DNA from: a virus
Taxonomy: Duplodnaviria > Caudoviricetes
Virus record (IMG/VR): IMGVR_UViG_3300042301_004035
Length of the DNA: 64,000 nucleotides
Direction: 5' to 3' (one strand)
Shown: positions 46,733 to 57,067 of the stretch, piece after piece
Position numbering within the stretch: position 1 is the first letter of the stretch
Layout of the letters: each line of letters starts with the position of its first letter
The notes under the pieces: model-generated
The model's input: only the letters and a program-made list of their open reading frames with translations
Told to the model about the DNA's origin: nothing
Database searches by the model: none
Position numbers and translations under genes: made by a program

Positions 46733-49366
46733 ATGAACATGCCAATATATCAGCCTGCCGTCCGTTTACAAACAATGCACAACGGACCATTGCGAAGCAT
46801 TAACGATTATCAATTTGGATTCTATGATGTCGGCTTCGGTCGGCAAGCTCTTCAATATCTTCACGAAGTAGAAGGTCTTGAAAATCCAATCTTTAGAATG
46901 GCTACAATGCCAATTCCTTCCAATAAGATTGAAGCAAAGATTGCAGAAGCATACATTCGTAACCCCAACATCTGCTATTCCATAGTAGATAAAAACAAGA
47001 TTGTACTAGTACACATCAATGGCAACGATGGTTGGCTTGATGTATACAAAAAACTTGGTTATGAGATCCTTAGCGGCGATAAGACAGCTAAGCGACTCAA
47101 AACCTTTCACCGTGCAGCACTACTAAATGCTCACTTTACCAAAGACGAAATCAATGTTCAGATCGTAGAGCCAGATAAGTATTCATCCTGGTCATTTGAA
47201 GATCCATTCTTTCAGCAATGGGCTGCAAAAGAATATCCTAATATCGACGTTACAGATCCTAAAGTCATCGAGCGTTTGCTTGATGGCGGTTTCGTAATCT
47301 CTCGTAAGTTTATTCAGCGTGCAGCTGAGAACTTACCAGTATACGAACCACACAAAACTTTAGATACTAAAGAATATTATTACGACTGGCGTGTTCGTAA
47401 GAACTTTATTAAAGATATGATGGAATGCTCTATATTCAATACTCGTATTGTATTCGAAGAGGGTTTCCTCAAGGGCAATGCCATCGTATCTGACAACATG
47501 CCAGAAGGTGTAGATATTATCACTACACGCACAAATATAAAGAACGAAATCAAGTATCACAATGGCTTTCAGTTTCTAGCTGAGCCAGTGGGATCGTATG
47601 ATTCTGTTCTTACTGACACCCAAACTGTTATTAATCTTCCTAAACTATTCCCTAACGCTGATCTAGAGTATTGGCTTGACGAAGAATACAAAAAGATCTT
47701 TGATCTTGCTGTATCCGACAAGCTACTCACTAACTGGCGTGCAGTTTACAAGCGTCAGTTCCGCAAAATCCACGAAGCAGAAGACGAAGAGGCATATGCC
47801 CGCATGAACTATGTGGGCTATCGTTGGCGTAAGCTTGGCATGAAGATCACTGATTCACCATGGTTGTTTGAAACCTTGGCGATCAGTCATGCCCGACCAT
47901 TTGCCGATTCATCTAAGCCTCGTATACCAGTTCCATGCGCAATAAGTGAACAGGTTATTCCTGAGTCACTTTCTCGTATGGCTGGCTATGACCTCGATGT
48001 AGACCAAGGCAAGATACGACGTATCGAAGAACTTGGTGTACACGTAGTTAGTGACCTTGACTGGCTAGAAATGTATGAGAGCCATGGCGGTCACGACGAG
48101 GACGACTACTTCAAGCTGTTCTATCGCACCATGCGTGGTGGCGAATACGACGGCAAGAAGGTAGTTATCATCTGCCGTTCACCCAATGACCTTGGTGAGT
48201 ATTCAATCTTTGAATACACCGAAGGTGATTGGTCTCCAGTATGGCACAACGCTGCTGGGATTCCAACAGAATTTCCAGAAATAAGCGGACGTGACTGGCC
48301 AAAGCGTTTAAGTAAAGCTATCTTTGATGGCGACATTACTTATTCAGGTTTGCCATCTAAATCACTACCTAAAACTAAGCCTGAACAAGCACCCTATACA
48401 CCTGACGACGTCATTCGAGATATGAATATCGCAATGGCTGGCGGTCAAATCGGTGGATATGTAAATGCTTGCATGCTTTATTCTTCGGTGATTCACCGTC
48501 ACCGTCCAATCCAATTGTGCACTTTAGAGACTGCTCTCGACAAATGCATTAACCCAGATTCTATAGAAGATGTTATAGCAATTGACAACGAAGCTAAAGC
48601 TATTGTTCGTCAAGTTATCGAAAGCAAAACCCCAATCGATCAATTCGTTTGGAGTACTCGTGGTTCAGCCCGTTTACTTGAAGAAGATGATGATCTTCTG
48701 ATAGATGAAAACGGCAAGCTAACCATGATGTCTAAATTATGCTATGATAAATTTGCAGAACACACTGCTCGCGTTCGTGAATGGGCGCAAAATAATGCCC
48801 GTCCATCCGATCCACGCATAGCAGAATTGGGCAATAGCCAATTGCAAATGTTCTATCATGCACTACCAATTGTCAACCAATTCCGCTCAGGCATATGGTC
48901 AATCAACACATCTGAAGCAACAGCTGAAAATGGATCTATTGTACGCAACTCTTGGGAATATTTATATTCCAAACAAGTTGACATCATTAATTCATTTGAA
49001 CTTGAATCTGATCGTCATGACTTCGTACTTGCACTATATTCTGTCTGTCTTAATGTGCCAACTAAAGGCGGCAAAATTACAGACCATTATATGATGAACA
49101 GATTTGTTTATCCATATCTAGAATCTGCTTTGCAGTATTATGGTTTGGGCAAATCTGTCAACTTCCTGATGCAGGAAGATGGTGATGTTAAGATTCTCGA
49201 AACATTAGTTACCGAATGGAAGTTTACCGATCCTGAAGGCAACTCAACTTTATTCAATGATCCAATTGAATTTCAACAAGCTCAGTCTGTTTATTCTAAA
49301 GTTCAATTTGTTACAAATTCTGCTTCGTTACTTTCTTCGGAAGTACGAACTACTTCAAAGTATTAA
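46733..49366 (+). CDS. Putative two-barrel RNA-polymerase-like protein, paralog B (variant catalytic loop GGHDEDDY)
   Basis: Collinear motifs with 34124-36799: 'FLKGNAIV..DII...NIKNE', 'ICRSPNDLGEYSI', 'IGGYVN'. Confidence 0.55.
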   Translation: MNMPIYQPAVRLQTMHNGPLRSINDYQFGFYDVGFGRQALQYLHEVEGLENPIFRMATMPIPSNKIEAKIAEAYIRNPNICYSIVDKNKIVLVHINGNDGWLDVYKKLGYEILSGDKTAKRLKTFHRAALLNAHFTKDEINVQIVEPDKYSSWSFEDPFFQQWAAKEYPNIDVTDPKVIERLLDGGFVISRKFIQRAAENLPVYEPHKTLDTKEYYYDWRVRKNFIKDMMECSIFNTRIVFEEGFLKGNAIVSDNMPEGVDIITTRTNIKNEIKYHNGFQFLAEPVGSYDSVLTDTQTVINLPKLFPNADLEYWLDEEYKKIFDLAVSDKLLTNWRAVYKRQFRKIHEAEDEEAYARMNYVGYRWRKLGMKITDSPWLFETLAISHARPFADSSKPRIPVPCAISEQVIPESLSRMAGYDLDVDQGKIRRIEELGVHVVSDLDWLEMYESHGGHDEDDYFKLFYRTMRGGEYDGKKVVIICRSPNDLGEYSIFEYTEGDWSPVWHNAAGIPTEFPEISGRDWPKRLSKAIFDGDITYSGLPSKSLPKTKPEQAPYTPDDVIRDMNIAMAGGQIGGYVNACMLYSSVIHRHRPIQLCTLETALDKCINPDSIEDVIAIDNEAKAIVRQVIESKTPIDQFVWSTRGSARLLEEDDDLLIDENGKLTMMSKLCYDKFAEHTARVREWAQNNARPSDPRIAELGNSQLQMFYHALPIVNQFRSGIWSINTSEATAENGSIVRNSWEYLYSKQVDIINSFELESDRHDFVLALYSVCLNVPTKGGKITDHYMMNRFVYPYLESALQYYGLGKSVNFLMQEDGDVKILETLVTEWKFTDPEGNSTLFNDPIEFQQAQSVYSKVQFVTNSASLLSSEVRTTSKY

Positions 49367-49375
49367 GGAGACAAC

Positions 49376-49606
49376 ATGAAAATATCATCTAAACTTGGCA
49401 AGTACACAGGTAAATTCTGTCGTTTTATGAAACGAAGAGAAACACGCGCAGCGTGGCTAACAGCAGAATGGGCCGCAAGTACTTTAGCATTTGCTACAAC
49501 AGTCTACGCATTGCTTGTAATTGGTTCCCCTTTACTAGCATTGCTCTTTTTAGCTATTTACGCTTACGGTAGTTACGCATTGTTTTCAATAATGCTATCT
49601 AAATAG
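49376..49606 (+). CDS. Small membrane protein
   Basis: Two C-terminal hydrophobic segments, AGGAG RBS. Confidence 0.5.
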   Translation: MKISSKLGKYTGKFCRFMKRRETRAAWLTAEWAASTLAFATTVYALLVIGSPLLALLFLAIYAYGSYALFSIMLSK

Positions 49607-49617
49607 ATTGGATTTAT

Positions 49618-50220
49618 ATGTCTGATATTAAATATTCTAACTTAGAAATGTTCTGTAAAGAACCACAACAAGAAATAACCAACATAAAGAAATCATTCGA
49701 AGAACACGTATCACTTGTTCCCGATACAAAGTTTAGGCCTAAACTTATGTTGTTTGATTTCTTTGGAAGTAAGAAATTTGGTATATCATCTAAACAATAT
49801 GACACCGAAAAAGATTTCTATATTTCAATTTCAGAAATGCTTTACGCTTATTCTGGCTTTAATGCTGGTTCATGTCTTTTAGTATTAGATTCTAATTCTA
49901 AAATAAATGATCATTCTTCTGGCGCTTTAGTTATCTACTTTGCGTCAGACGATGCAGCTGCAAGCATCAAACTTTATTACCACCAAACTGAGTCTAACTC
50001 AATTGAATGGATTGAATCTGAAGATGAGCATGAAGTAATAGATCTAAAATCTAAAGATTCACCGAATAGAATAGTTGAACTACTATTTGTTCACACTCAT
50101 CTTGACAGAGAACCATTCACTCAATCTGAATTACTTTCCTACTATTCATTGAAAGGTTATAACTTTAGATCTTTTAAAGATTTAAAAACTTTTTATATAG
50201 ACTATAGTTTTAAAAACTAA
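49618..50220 (+). CDS. Hypothetical protein
   Basis: 200-aa ORF. Confidence 0.55.
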   Translation: MSDIKYSNLEMFCKEPQQEITNIKKSFEEHVSLVPDTKFRPKLMLFDFFGSKKFGISSKQYDTEKDFYISISEMLYAYSGFNAGSCLLVLDSNSKINDHSSGALVIYFASDDAAASIKLYYHQTESNSIEWIESEDEHEVIDLKSKDSPNRIVELLFVHTHLDREPFTQSELLSYYSLKGYNFRSFKDLKTFYIDYSFKN

Positions 50221-50222
50221 TT

Positions 50223-50390
50223 ATGAAACATAAAGAATATAAAAATAACGCAAAACAAAACAACAAAAAAATCTGTTCTATTTCAGACAAGTCTGTGTTA
50301 ATTTCTACTATAATTAATGAAGACGAAGATGATGAAATAGACAAGCTAATGGCAACCCACAAAACATTTCATTGGACGGAGTCCTACTAA
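50223..50390 (+). CDS. Hypothetical 55-aa protein
   Basis: Manual translation; fills the gap between flanking genes. Confidence 0.35.
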   Translation: MKHKEYKNNAKQNNKKICSISDKSVLISTIINEDEDDEIDKLMATHKTFHWTESY

Positions 50391-50391
50391 A

Positions 50392-52071
50392 ATGACTTTA
50401 ACTTTAAGACCTTATCAGATAGAAGCACTTGAATCTATTCAAAATCATCTAGACAAAGGCATAGTTAAACAACTTGTCGTGCTCCCAACTGGAGCCGGCA
50501 AGACTGTAATTTTTAGTAATATTCCTCAGACCATAAAAGACAGTTTACCTATGCTGGTTTTAGCTCACCGTGGTGAGTTATTAACCCAAGCTAAAGATAA
50601 AATTCTTTGGTCTAATCCTCAACTGGATGTTCAAATTGAAAAAGCTGAAGACACAGCTGATCTATGTGACGTTGTCGTAGCATCTGTACCCACTTTGGGT
50701 AGAGCTGATTCTCAAAGAATATTAAAATATCCTAAAGACTATTTTAAAACTATTATCATTGATGAAGCACACCACGCTGCTGCTGAAACATACCGTAGAA
50801 TACTTGATTACTTTACTCCTAAATTTCTATTGGGTGTTACAGCAACTCCTCAGAGATCTGACTCTGTTAGATTAACTGATGTATTTGATGAAATCACCTA
50901 CTATAAAACTATTCAAGACTTGATCCAAGAAGGATACTTATGTAGACTTGTTGGCTATAGAATAAAGACCGACACTGACATTTCAGAAGTGGAGACTTCG
51001 CATGGCGACTACATGGCATCCCAGTTGGAAGATACTATCAATACTCCTACTCGTAACGCTATTGTTGTTAAATCTTATTTTGAGTTTGCGCAAAACAAAA
51101 AAGCAGTCGTATTCGCATCCGGTGTTAAGCACGCCAGAGACTTGGCCGCATCCTTTGCGCAAAAGCAGATACCTGTACGAGTAATACTTGGAGACACTCC
51201 AGATGATGAACGAAAACAAGCACTTGCTGACTTTGCATCTGGTACTATCAAGGTAATAGTTAACGTTGGCGTACTAACAGAAGGGTTCGATGAGCCTTCT
51301 ATCGGTGCGATTATACTTGCCCGACCAACACGTTCTTCCCTACTGTATACACAAATAGTAGGTCGTGGTACTAGACTTTACGAAGGTAAAGACAACTGCA
51401 TTATCATAGATATTGCTGACACCACTAAAGGCAAGAAGCCTTTGGGATTACCAACTTTGTTGGGAATGCCACCTGAATTCGACCTGAAGGGTCAAGACCT
51501 AGTTGATGTAGCAGAAAAATATAAAGAGCTTGAAGACTACTGTCCTGGTGAAGCTGTTCGTGTTTTATCTTTAGATGATATAGAACTAGCTTACAAACGT
51601 ATCGATCTCTTTATGCCACCACCACCTAACGAAATAGTTCAAACCTATTCTCGTTTTGTTTGGGCCGAAGTAGCCGAAAATGATTTTCATTTAGGTATCA
51701 ATCAAGATGAATCTATTAGAATTCATGTTGATGCTTTAGGCAGATGGACTACCACTCTAAAACAAAAAATAAAAGACGGTTCTAAAGATACTGTGCTTGG
51801 TCATCCAGAAGATATGCGTGAAGCATTTGTTCGTACCGACAGGTGGATTACAAGTAACAGATCTTATAACCTAAACCTTTTAGATAATACTGCTGCTTGG
51901 AGATCTGATTCTCCAACAGATAAACAGCACAAGATGCTTAAGCGCATGGGTATCCCAATCACTGCTGATATGACTAAAGGAACTGCTAGTCAGATTATAT
52001 CTAAATACTATGAAGCTAATCCCAAGCCTAAATGGCTTGAAAACAAGATAGCTTCTAAAAAATGGAATTAA
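50392..52071 (+). CDS. Superfamily 2 DEAH-box helicase (ResIII/UvsW/Irc3-like)
   Basis: Q motif 'LRPYQ', 'LPTGAGKT', 'IIDEAHH', 'TATP', 'VLTEGFD', 'QIVGRGTR'. Confidence 0.92.
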   Translation: MTLTLRPYQIEALESIQNHLDKGIVKQLVVLPTGAGKTVIFSNIPQTIKDSLPMLVLAHRGELLTQAKDKILWSNPQLDVQIEKAEDTADLCDVVVASVPTLGRADSQRILKYPKDYFKTIIIDEAHHAAAETYRRILDYFTPKFLLGVTATPQRSDSVRLTDVFDEITYYKTIQDLIQEGYLCRLVGYRIKTDTDISEVETSHGDYMASQLEDTINTPTRNAIVVKSYFEFAQNKKAVVFASGVKHARDLAASFAQKQIPVRVILGDTPDDERKQALADFASGTIKVIVNVGVLTEGFDEPSIGAIILARPTRSSLLYTQIVGRGTRLYEGKDNCIIIDIADTTKGKKPLGLPTLLGMPPEFDLKGQDLVDVAEKYKELEDYCPGEAVRVLSLDDIELAYKRIDLFMPPPPNEIVQTYSRFVWAEVAENDFHLGINQDESIRIHVDALGRWTTTLKQKIKDGSKDTVLGHPEDMREAFVRTDRWITSNRSYNLNLLDNTAAWRSDSPTDKQHKMLKRMGIPITADMTKGTASQIISKYYEANPKPKWLENKIASKKWN

Positions 52072-52085
52072 CCTGATATACTTTC

Positions 52086-52547
52086 ATGGTGAATAGATTT
52101 GATATTAAACATCCTCAAATAACTCCTGAAAAATATATCTTAAATAAATCAGATAAAAGATATAATTATTTAAAAGGATTATACATTCCATCTGATCCTG
52201 TAGAAACTCCTAAAATAATATACGCTGATCCCAACGATGCTTTAGAAGAATACATATCTTATGATAGCAAGCTTGATATAATTCCATTACATAGCCGCTA
52301 TCATATGTACGTTGATTTACTGTATTATGTTGATCCCGATTCTATTAATATTATTGCAACAAAAATATATAGATTAGCTTTTGCTAATAACATTGGAAGA
52401 AACAGTACAGAAATAATACATGGACCTGTAATGATTTACGGAACTTCAATTGATTCACTTAATTCTAAATATAAAAATTGTTCTGTTCCTTACGAAGTAA
52501 TAGAACAAGCATTTAGATTATATGACAATTATTGTTACGAAATTTAA
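52086..52547 (+). CDS. Hypothetical protein
   Basis: 153 aa; 'N..AT...IHGPVMIYG' pattern. Confidence 0.5.
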   Translation: MVNRFDIKHPQITPEKYILNKSDKRYNYLKGLYIPSDPVETPKIIYADPNDALEEYISYDSKLDIIPLHSRYHMYVDLLYYVDPDSINIIATKIYRLAFANNIGRNSTEIIHGPVMIYGTSIDSLNSKYKNCSVPYEVIEQAFRLYDNYCYEI

Positions 52548-52603
52548 GTTACAGCAAAACCTCGGGGATAGACACAAACCCATACAATAAATAAGGAAAC
52601 AAT

Positions 52604-52804
52604 ATGTTAAGTGTAGTTATAGGTAACGACATCAAAGATGTAGAAAAATTAAATACTGCTATTGATAAATTACAGCAACTTAATAACGACAATCAAACAG
52701 ATGAAGTTATTGATTGGTTAAAGGGTATACATAGCATCTTGACTGATAAAAACTTTGGTCAAGAAATGTATGACACGTCTGAATTATTAGACGAAACATT
52801 ATAA
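52604..52804 (+). CDS. Hypothetical protein
   Basis: 66 aa, AAGGA RBS. Confidence 0.5.
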   Translation: MLSVVIGNDIKDVEKLNTAIDKLQQLNNDNQTDEVIDWLKGIHSILTDKNFGQEMYDTSELLDETL

Positions 52805-52812
52805 CCGGTTAT

Positions 52813-52898
52813 GCCCAGGTGGCGGAACCGGTAGACGCAAGGGGCTTAAACCCCCTCGATTAGAAATGATCGTACGGGTTCGATCCCCGTCTTGGGCA
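52813..52898 (+). tRNA. tRNA-Leu(TAA)
   Basis: Type II cloverleaf: AGGGG-CT-TAA-AC-CCCCT, long variable arm, GGGTTCGATCCC. Confidence 0.93.
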
Positions 52899-52918
52899 CA
52901 AAAGAACAAAGGAACTCT

Positions 52919-54358
52919 ATGCGGAATAAGAGCCACTATCTAAAACTGTTGTTAACAACAGCATTAATGTTAACAGTTCTTGTTAACTCAAAAACTAATA
53001 CAGCTAACGCAGGCGATGTCGCCCCAGCTGTTTCAACAGTTAAGTTTTATCGAAAACTTATCAACTATTACTCTCCCAACTTATCATCTGCAATCCCAAG
53101 AATGGGTGCAGATATAGCTTACAATAATAACTACAAAGGTCAGGATTCCTATATAGTTATTCTTGATACTGGCATTGAAACTGTCCACTCGTTCTTTGGT
53201 GGCAGAGTAGCACTTGAAGCTTGCTTCACTACCAAATGCCCTAACGGTCAAAACTCTATGGTAGGCCCTGGTGCAGCAGCCCCAGTCCACTGGCACGGTA
53301 CCCATACCGCAGGCATCGCAGCTGGGTTTAATTCATCCATTCGAGGTGTAGCCCCTAGTGCAAAGATCATTGCTGTCAATGTATTTGCTTTTGACGGTTC
53401 TGCGTCAGATGACGATCTTATCCGAGCACTACAATGGATTGATTCTATATCTGGCCAATATAACATTGCAGCTATTAACATGTCTCTTGGTACACCAGGA
53501 ACATTTAAATCTTCATGCAACTCTTATATACCAGATTTAACTTCAATTATTTCTACATTGAAGTCTAAAAATATTGCTACTGTAGTTTCGGCCGGCAACG
53601 AAGGCCAGCGTGGAATGAGTTCCCCAGCATGCATTACAGACACTGTCAGTGTTGCTGCAACGTACACTGCTGGAGACGGTAGTGACAGAGTTACTAGCTT
53701 TAGCAATGTCAACGAACTAACTGATCTATCAGCTCCCGGCTACAACATAGTGTCTTCCAAACTTATGGGTGCATATGGTGCATCTTCAGGAACATCTATG
53801 TCAGCACCTATGGTTGCTGGCGCATTTGCAGTATACCGTTCTAAGTTTGGCGTACAATCAGTAGATAAAGTAGTATCTGACTTTCAATCTACTGGAATCA
53901 ACGCAGTAGATGATTACACCAAAATTGTTACAAAAAGAATAGATTTTAGATCCCTGTTTTCAACAGCTGGATCTACACCCCCACCACCCACCACAACTAT
54001 TCCCTCACCAACTACAACAACTCCATCACCTACTACCACCGTACTTGATGAAGATGATGAATCAGAAGACTATTTAAATATTCCTTACATTATAACTTTG
54101 AAAAAGTTTGCAACTAGACTATCTTATATTCGATTAGACTTTACATACAGATATACAAATATACCTGTGTCTAATTTTATTTTAAGGTGCAGATATGCAG
54201 ACAATAAAATTGTTGATAAAGTTATTAGCAATAGAAACAGAACAACTAATTCTTACTTTATATCAATATCTTCATTAAATATTCGCTCATGTAGAATGGC
54301 CGCAGTATCAACAGATGGTACTGTCGGTCAATTCTCCAAATACATATTGGTGAAATAA
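52919..54358 (+). CDS. Secreted subtilisin-like S8 serine protease with a Pro/Thr linker and C-terminal beta domain
   Basis: Signal peptide; triad motifs 'ILDTG', 'HGTHTAG', 'GTSMSAP'; oxyanion 'SAGN'; start moved to 52919 to avoid overlapping the tRNA. Confidence 0.9.
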   Translation: MRNKSHYLKLLLTTALMLTVLVNSKTNTANAGDVAPAVSTVKFYRKLINYYSPNLSSAIPRMGADIAYNNNYKGQDSYIVILDTGIETVHSFFGGRVALEACFTTKCPNGQNSMVGPGAAAPVHWHGTHTAGIAAGFNSSIRGVAPSAKIIAVNVFAFDGSASDDDLIRALQWIDSISGQYNIAAINMSLGTPGTFKSSCNSYIPDLTSIISTLKSKNIATVVSAGNEGQRGMSSPACITDTVSVAATYTAGDGSDRVTSFSNVNELTDLSAPGYNIVSSKLMGAYGASSGTSMSAPMVAGAFAVYRSKFGVQSVDKVVSDFQSTGINAVDDYTKIVTKRIDFRSLFSTAGSTPPPPTTTIPSPTTTTPSPTTTVLDEDDESEDYLNIPYIITLKKFATRLSYIRLDFTYRYTNIPVSNFILRCRYADNKIVDKVISNRNRTTNSYFISISSLNIRSCRMAAVSTDGTVGQFSKYILVK

Positions 54359-54430
54359 TTATGTATATACTTCCATTAATTGGCATATTAATTATACTTG
54401 TTGTACTTTTAACTTAACTAACGGAGTTCT

Positions 54431-54745
54431 ATGAACTGGCAAGACAGAGCTTATTGCAAAGGGTTTACCCATATATTTTATGGTAAACTTGCTGAAAGAC
54501 CACAAACTACAGCTCGTAGAGAAGCAATTGCATATTCTATTTGCGCAAAATGTCCAGTCTTTAACGAATGCAGACAACATGCTAGAGCTCATGGCGAGCT
54601 AGGATATTGGGCTGGAGAAAATGAATATGATAGATATTTGTTAGGTTTTAAACCAAGAGTTTCATTTGGTGCTTTTTTAAGATCTGCTCAGATTTATTTA
54701 GAAAGAAAACAAAAATTAATTAAAAAGGAAAATAAAACATCATGA
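54431..54745 (+). CDS. whiB: WhiB-family transcription factor
   Basis: WQDRAYC...C..CPV...C...GYWAG. Confidence 0.85.
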   Translation: MNWQDRAYCKGFTHIFYGKLAERPQTTARREAIAYSICAKCPVFNECRQHARAHGELGYWAGENEYDRYLLGFKPRVSFGAFLRSAQIYLERKQKLIKKENKTS

Positions 54746-54984
54746 CTAAGAACAAAAAAATTGATTCTAAAATTAATGATATCAAAGATCATTTAGCAAC
54801 GGCTATTTACACTAGAAGAACTAGTCTCGGATATACACAACAACAGCTTGCTGATGTTTGTGCTATAGACCGCAAAACAATTAATCGTATTGAAAATGGA
54901 CATTTTTCCCCAAACCTTGATACATTAGTGCGCATCTTTGATATACTAGACATCAAATCAAAATCAGTGTTTGAAGCTAAGTAG
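54742..54984 (+). CDS. XRE/Cro-family HTH regulator
   Basis: 'RTSLGYTQQQLADVCAIDRKTINRIENG..SPNLDTL'. Confidence 0.9.
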   Translation: MTKNKKIDSKINDIKDHLATAIYTRRTSLGYTQQQLADVCAIDRKTINRIENGHFSPNLDTLVRIFDILDIKSKSVFEAK

Positions 54985-55103
54985 TAAAACATTATGAATT
55001 GGTTTGACTGGCTTAGAATTGCACTTGTTATTCCAGCTACTTTAGCTGTTATTGGATTAATTTTAGTGTTAGTTGATGACATTAAACAAAACAAATAAAT
55101 ATT

Positions 55104-55160
55104 AATAGGGGATCCGTTAGCGTATAGCTCGGCTTAAACGACACTGTGGTGTGCCCTATT
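55104..55160 (+). ncRNA. Small three-way-junction structured RNA candidate just 5' of tRNA-Asn
   Basis: AATAGGG/CCCTATT closing stem, CGTT/AACG stem, ACAC/GTGT hairpin. Confidence 0.35.
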
Positions 55161-55164
55161 ATAT

Positions 55165-55240
55165 TGGCGAGTAGCTCAGTTGGCAGAGCAAGGGACTGTT
55201 AATCCCTGGGTCGTAGGTTCGAGCCCTACCTCGCCAGCCA
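55165..55240 (+). tRNA. tRNA-Asn(GTT), CCA encoded
   Basis: Canonical 76-nt cloverleaf. Confidence 0.95.
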
Positions 55241-55398
55241 TGATAGAAATTATAAAAAAAATATTTTTACCTGGTCCATTTGATCCAGACTTAAGACTAC
55301 TAATTATTATTTTGGCATCAATGATTTTTTATATGAGAAATTATATAAAAAGAAATTGGGATTACATTCAAGATGAACTTGATAGTGATTGGGAATAA
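55240..55398 (+). CDS. Small membrane protein
   Basis: 52 aa; the A of the ATG is the last base of the tRNA CCA. Confidence 0.35.
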   Translation: MIEIIKKIFLPGPFDPDLRLLIIILASMIFYMRNYIKRNWDYIQDELDSDWE

Positions 55399-55411
55399 CA
55401 TTTAATAGATT

Positions 55412-55484
55412 GCGCTTTTAGCTCAGTCGGTAGAGCACCGGACTTTTAATCCGTTGGTCCTGGGTTCGAACCCCAGAGAGCGCA
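55412..55484 (+). tRNA. tRNA-Lys(TTT)
   Basis: Canonical cloverleaf, CT-TTT-AA loop. Confidence 0.95.
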
Positions 55485-55549
55485 CAAGTGCTCGAAATAA
55501 AAACATACTGTGATATGTCTTTTGGCACAAGAACTACAAAAGGAACAAT

Positions 55550-56254
55550 ATGAAAAACAAAATTAAATTATCTTTAGTTACATCTTTATTAATACTAGGA
55601 TCTTTATCTTTTCCAACAGCTTTACTTGCTAATAATCAGGAGCCTATATTGATTCAAATATATGATACTGATATTGGCACTGAAGCTTTTGAGCAGTTGG
55701 TTAATTACGGCAATGGCGGTCATGCTGCATTAGGTGCTATACTTGGGGATGCCCAAAATATGCAACAGAACCCAGGTATCGGCCTTGGCATTGGTTCAGG
55801 TGGCCTCGGTTATAGGCCTTCTGTTACTATCGCCGTATGGACTGATGCAGTCTTTGACAAATCTTTTGGATTGGCTACTATTAAAAGTTACTTTAATGTA
55901 CCTAGCAGTCCAGTAACTACCAACGGTGATTGTGCTATAGCTTGCGATGGAACAGTTCAACAACCTGAACCTGTCCAACAAATAGTGGAGATTGTTGTTC
56001 AACAACCTGTTTTAATTCAACAGCCAGAACCGCAAGAACAAGCACCAGCACCACAAATATTATTAGATAATACACCACAGCATATAGAGCCCACAGTATT
56101 TCTTGAGCCACTTTCTTCATATGTTGCTCCAGTTGTTTTAACTCTTCAGCCATCTATTATTAACAAAGCTATTTTTAATAAAAAAGTTATTAACAAAAAG
56201 AAAATTATTCTTAAGAAAGTAGTCCGACATGCCGCCAATAAAACAACCCGTTAA
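55550..56254 (+). CDS. Secreted Gln/Pro-rich protein with a basic C-terminus
   Basis: Signal peptide, QQP repeats. Confidence 0.55.
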   Translation: MKNKIKLSLVTSLLILGSLSFPTALLANNQEPILIQIYDTDIGTEAFEQLVNYGNGGHAALGAILGDAQNMQQNPGIGLGIGSGGLGYRPSVTIAVWTDAVFDKSFGLATIKSYFNVPSSPVTTNGDCAIACDGTVQQPEPVQQIVEIVVQQPVLIQQPEPQEQAPAPQILLDNTPQHIEPTVFLEPLSSYVAPVVLTLQPSIINKAIFNKKVINKKKIILKKVVRHAANKTTR

Positions 56255-56564
56255 AGATACACGTACTCCAGAAGAAATTGCCATCCAATCGGCAGTGACT
56301 TCACACTATACTATTTTGGTTCCAGGCTATAAAGCTAAAAATGTACGCATTAAAAATCCACTTACTGGTAAAGACCCACTCTTTAGCGTAGAAGATCCAC
56401 AATTCTTTGAGTTGTTTTATGATCTTGCTCAAAAAGGTCTTAAAGAAAAAATGATGCGCGAGATTGAAACATTTGCTGCCAATCTAGATCCTGATTGGCA
56501 AGCTGTTTATTCTGCTCTTGAAGGTTACTTCAAAGCAAAAGAATCTTCTAATGAGATTGCTTAA
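56229..56564 (+). CDS. Hypothetical protein
   Basis: 111 aa, coupled. Confidence 0.55.
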   Translation: MPPIKQPVKDTRTPEEIAIQSAVTSHYTILVPGYKAKNVRIKNPLTGKDPLFSVEDPQFFELFYDLAQKGLKEKMMREIETFAANLDPDWQAVYSALEGYFKAKESSNEIA

Positions 56565-56763
56565 ATCTTTAGTTACACGTAATATCCAACATGCTAGAAC
56601 AAGACGATCTGAAATTTTAGAAAATGATATTTCAACTATTCGTTATTGGGATGGATACATAAGTGCTTTAGAATCCATAGTGCACGTTTTACCTGATGAT
56701 GAAGAATTACATGAGCCAGAACAGGAAGAAATGAATGGACACCAAACAGATCAAGCAGGGTAG
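56551..56763 (+). CDS. Hypothetical protein
   Basis: 70 aa from ATG 56551. Confidence 0.4.
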   Translation: MRLLKSLVTRNIQHARTRRSEILENDISTIRYWDGYISALESIVHVLPDDEELHEPEQEEMNGHQTDQAG

Positions 56764-57067
56764 TTCTACAATTCTTATTTTAAATTACTTAGGTATGCGA
56801 AAGCGTATGGATAAACCTTGGGCAACAGATTTAAATATAGCTCAGTTTTTTTCACATAAGTTACAAAAAAGAACTAAGCAGGGCGCGGATGCTAGACATG
56901 CTTTAGATAATTTACTTAAAGCAGATTATGTTGTCAAAAAAAAAATTAAAGGTATTGATTATTATTCTATTACAGAATTAGGTTCTCGCATACCTTATAT
57001 AGTTGCAAACCGTCTAGCTAGCAGCCCTACTTATCAACACAGAACTAAACATCACAACGATGATTAA
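56735..57067 (+). CDS. Winged-helix-like protein
   Basis: 'ALDNLLKADYVVKK...YYSITELG' wing pattern. Confidence 0.5.
   Translation: MDTKQIKQGSSTILILNYLGMRKRMDKPWATDLNIAQFFSHKLQKRTKQGADARHALDNLLKADYVVKKKIKGIDYYSITELGSRIPYIVANRLASSPTYQHRTKHHNDD

Noticed and set aside
52892-52918. Track start of the S8 protease
   Set aside because: It overlaps the tRNA-Leu 3' end; ATG 52919 gives a proper signal peptide.
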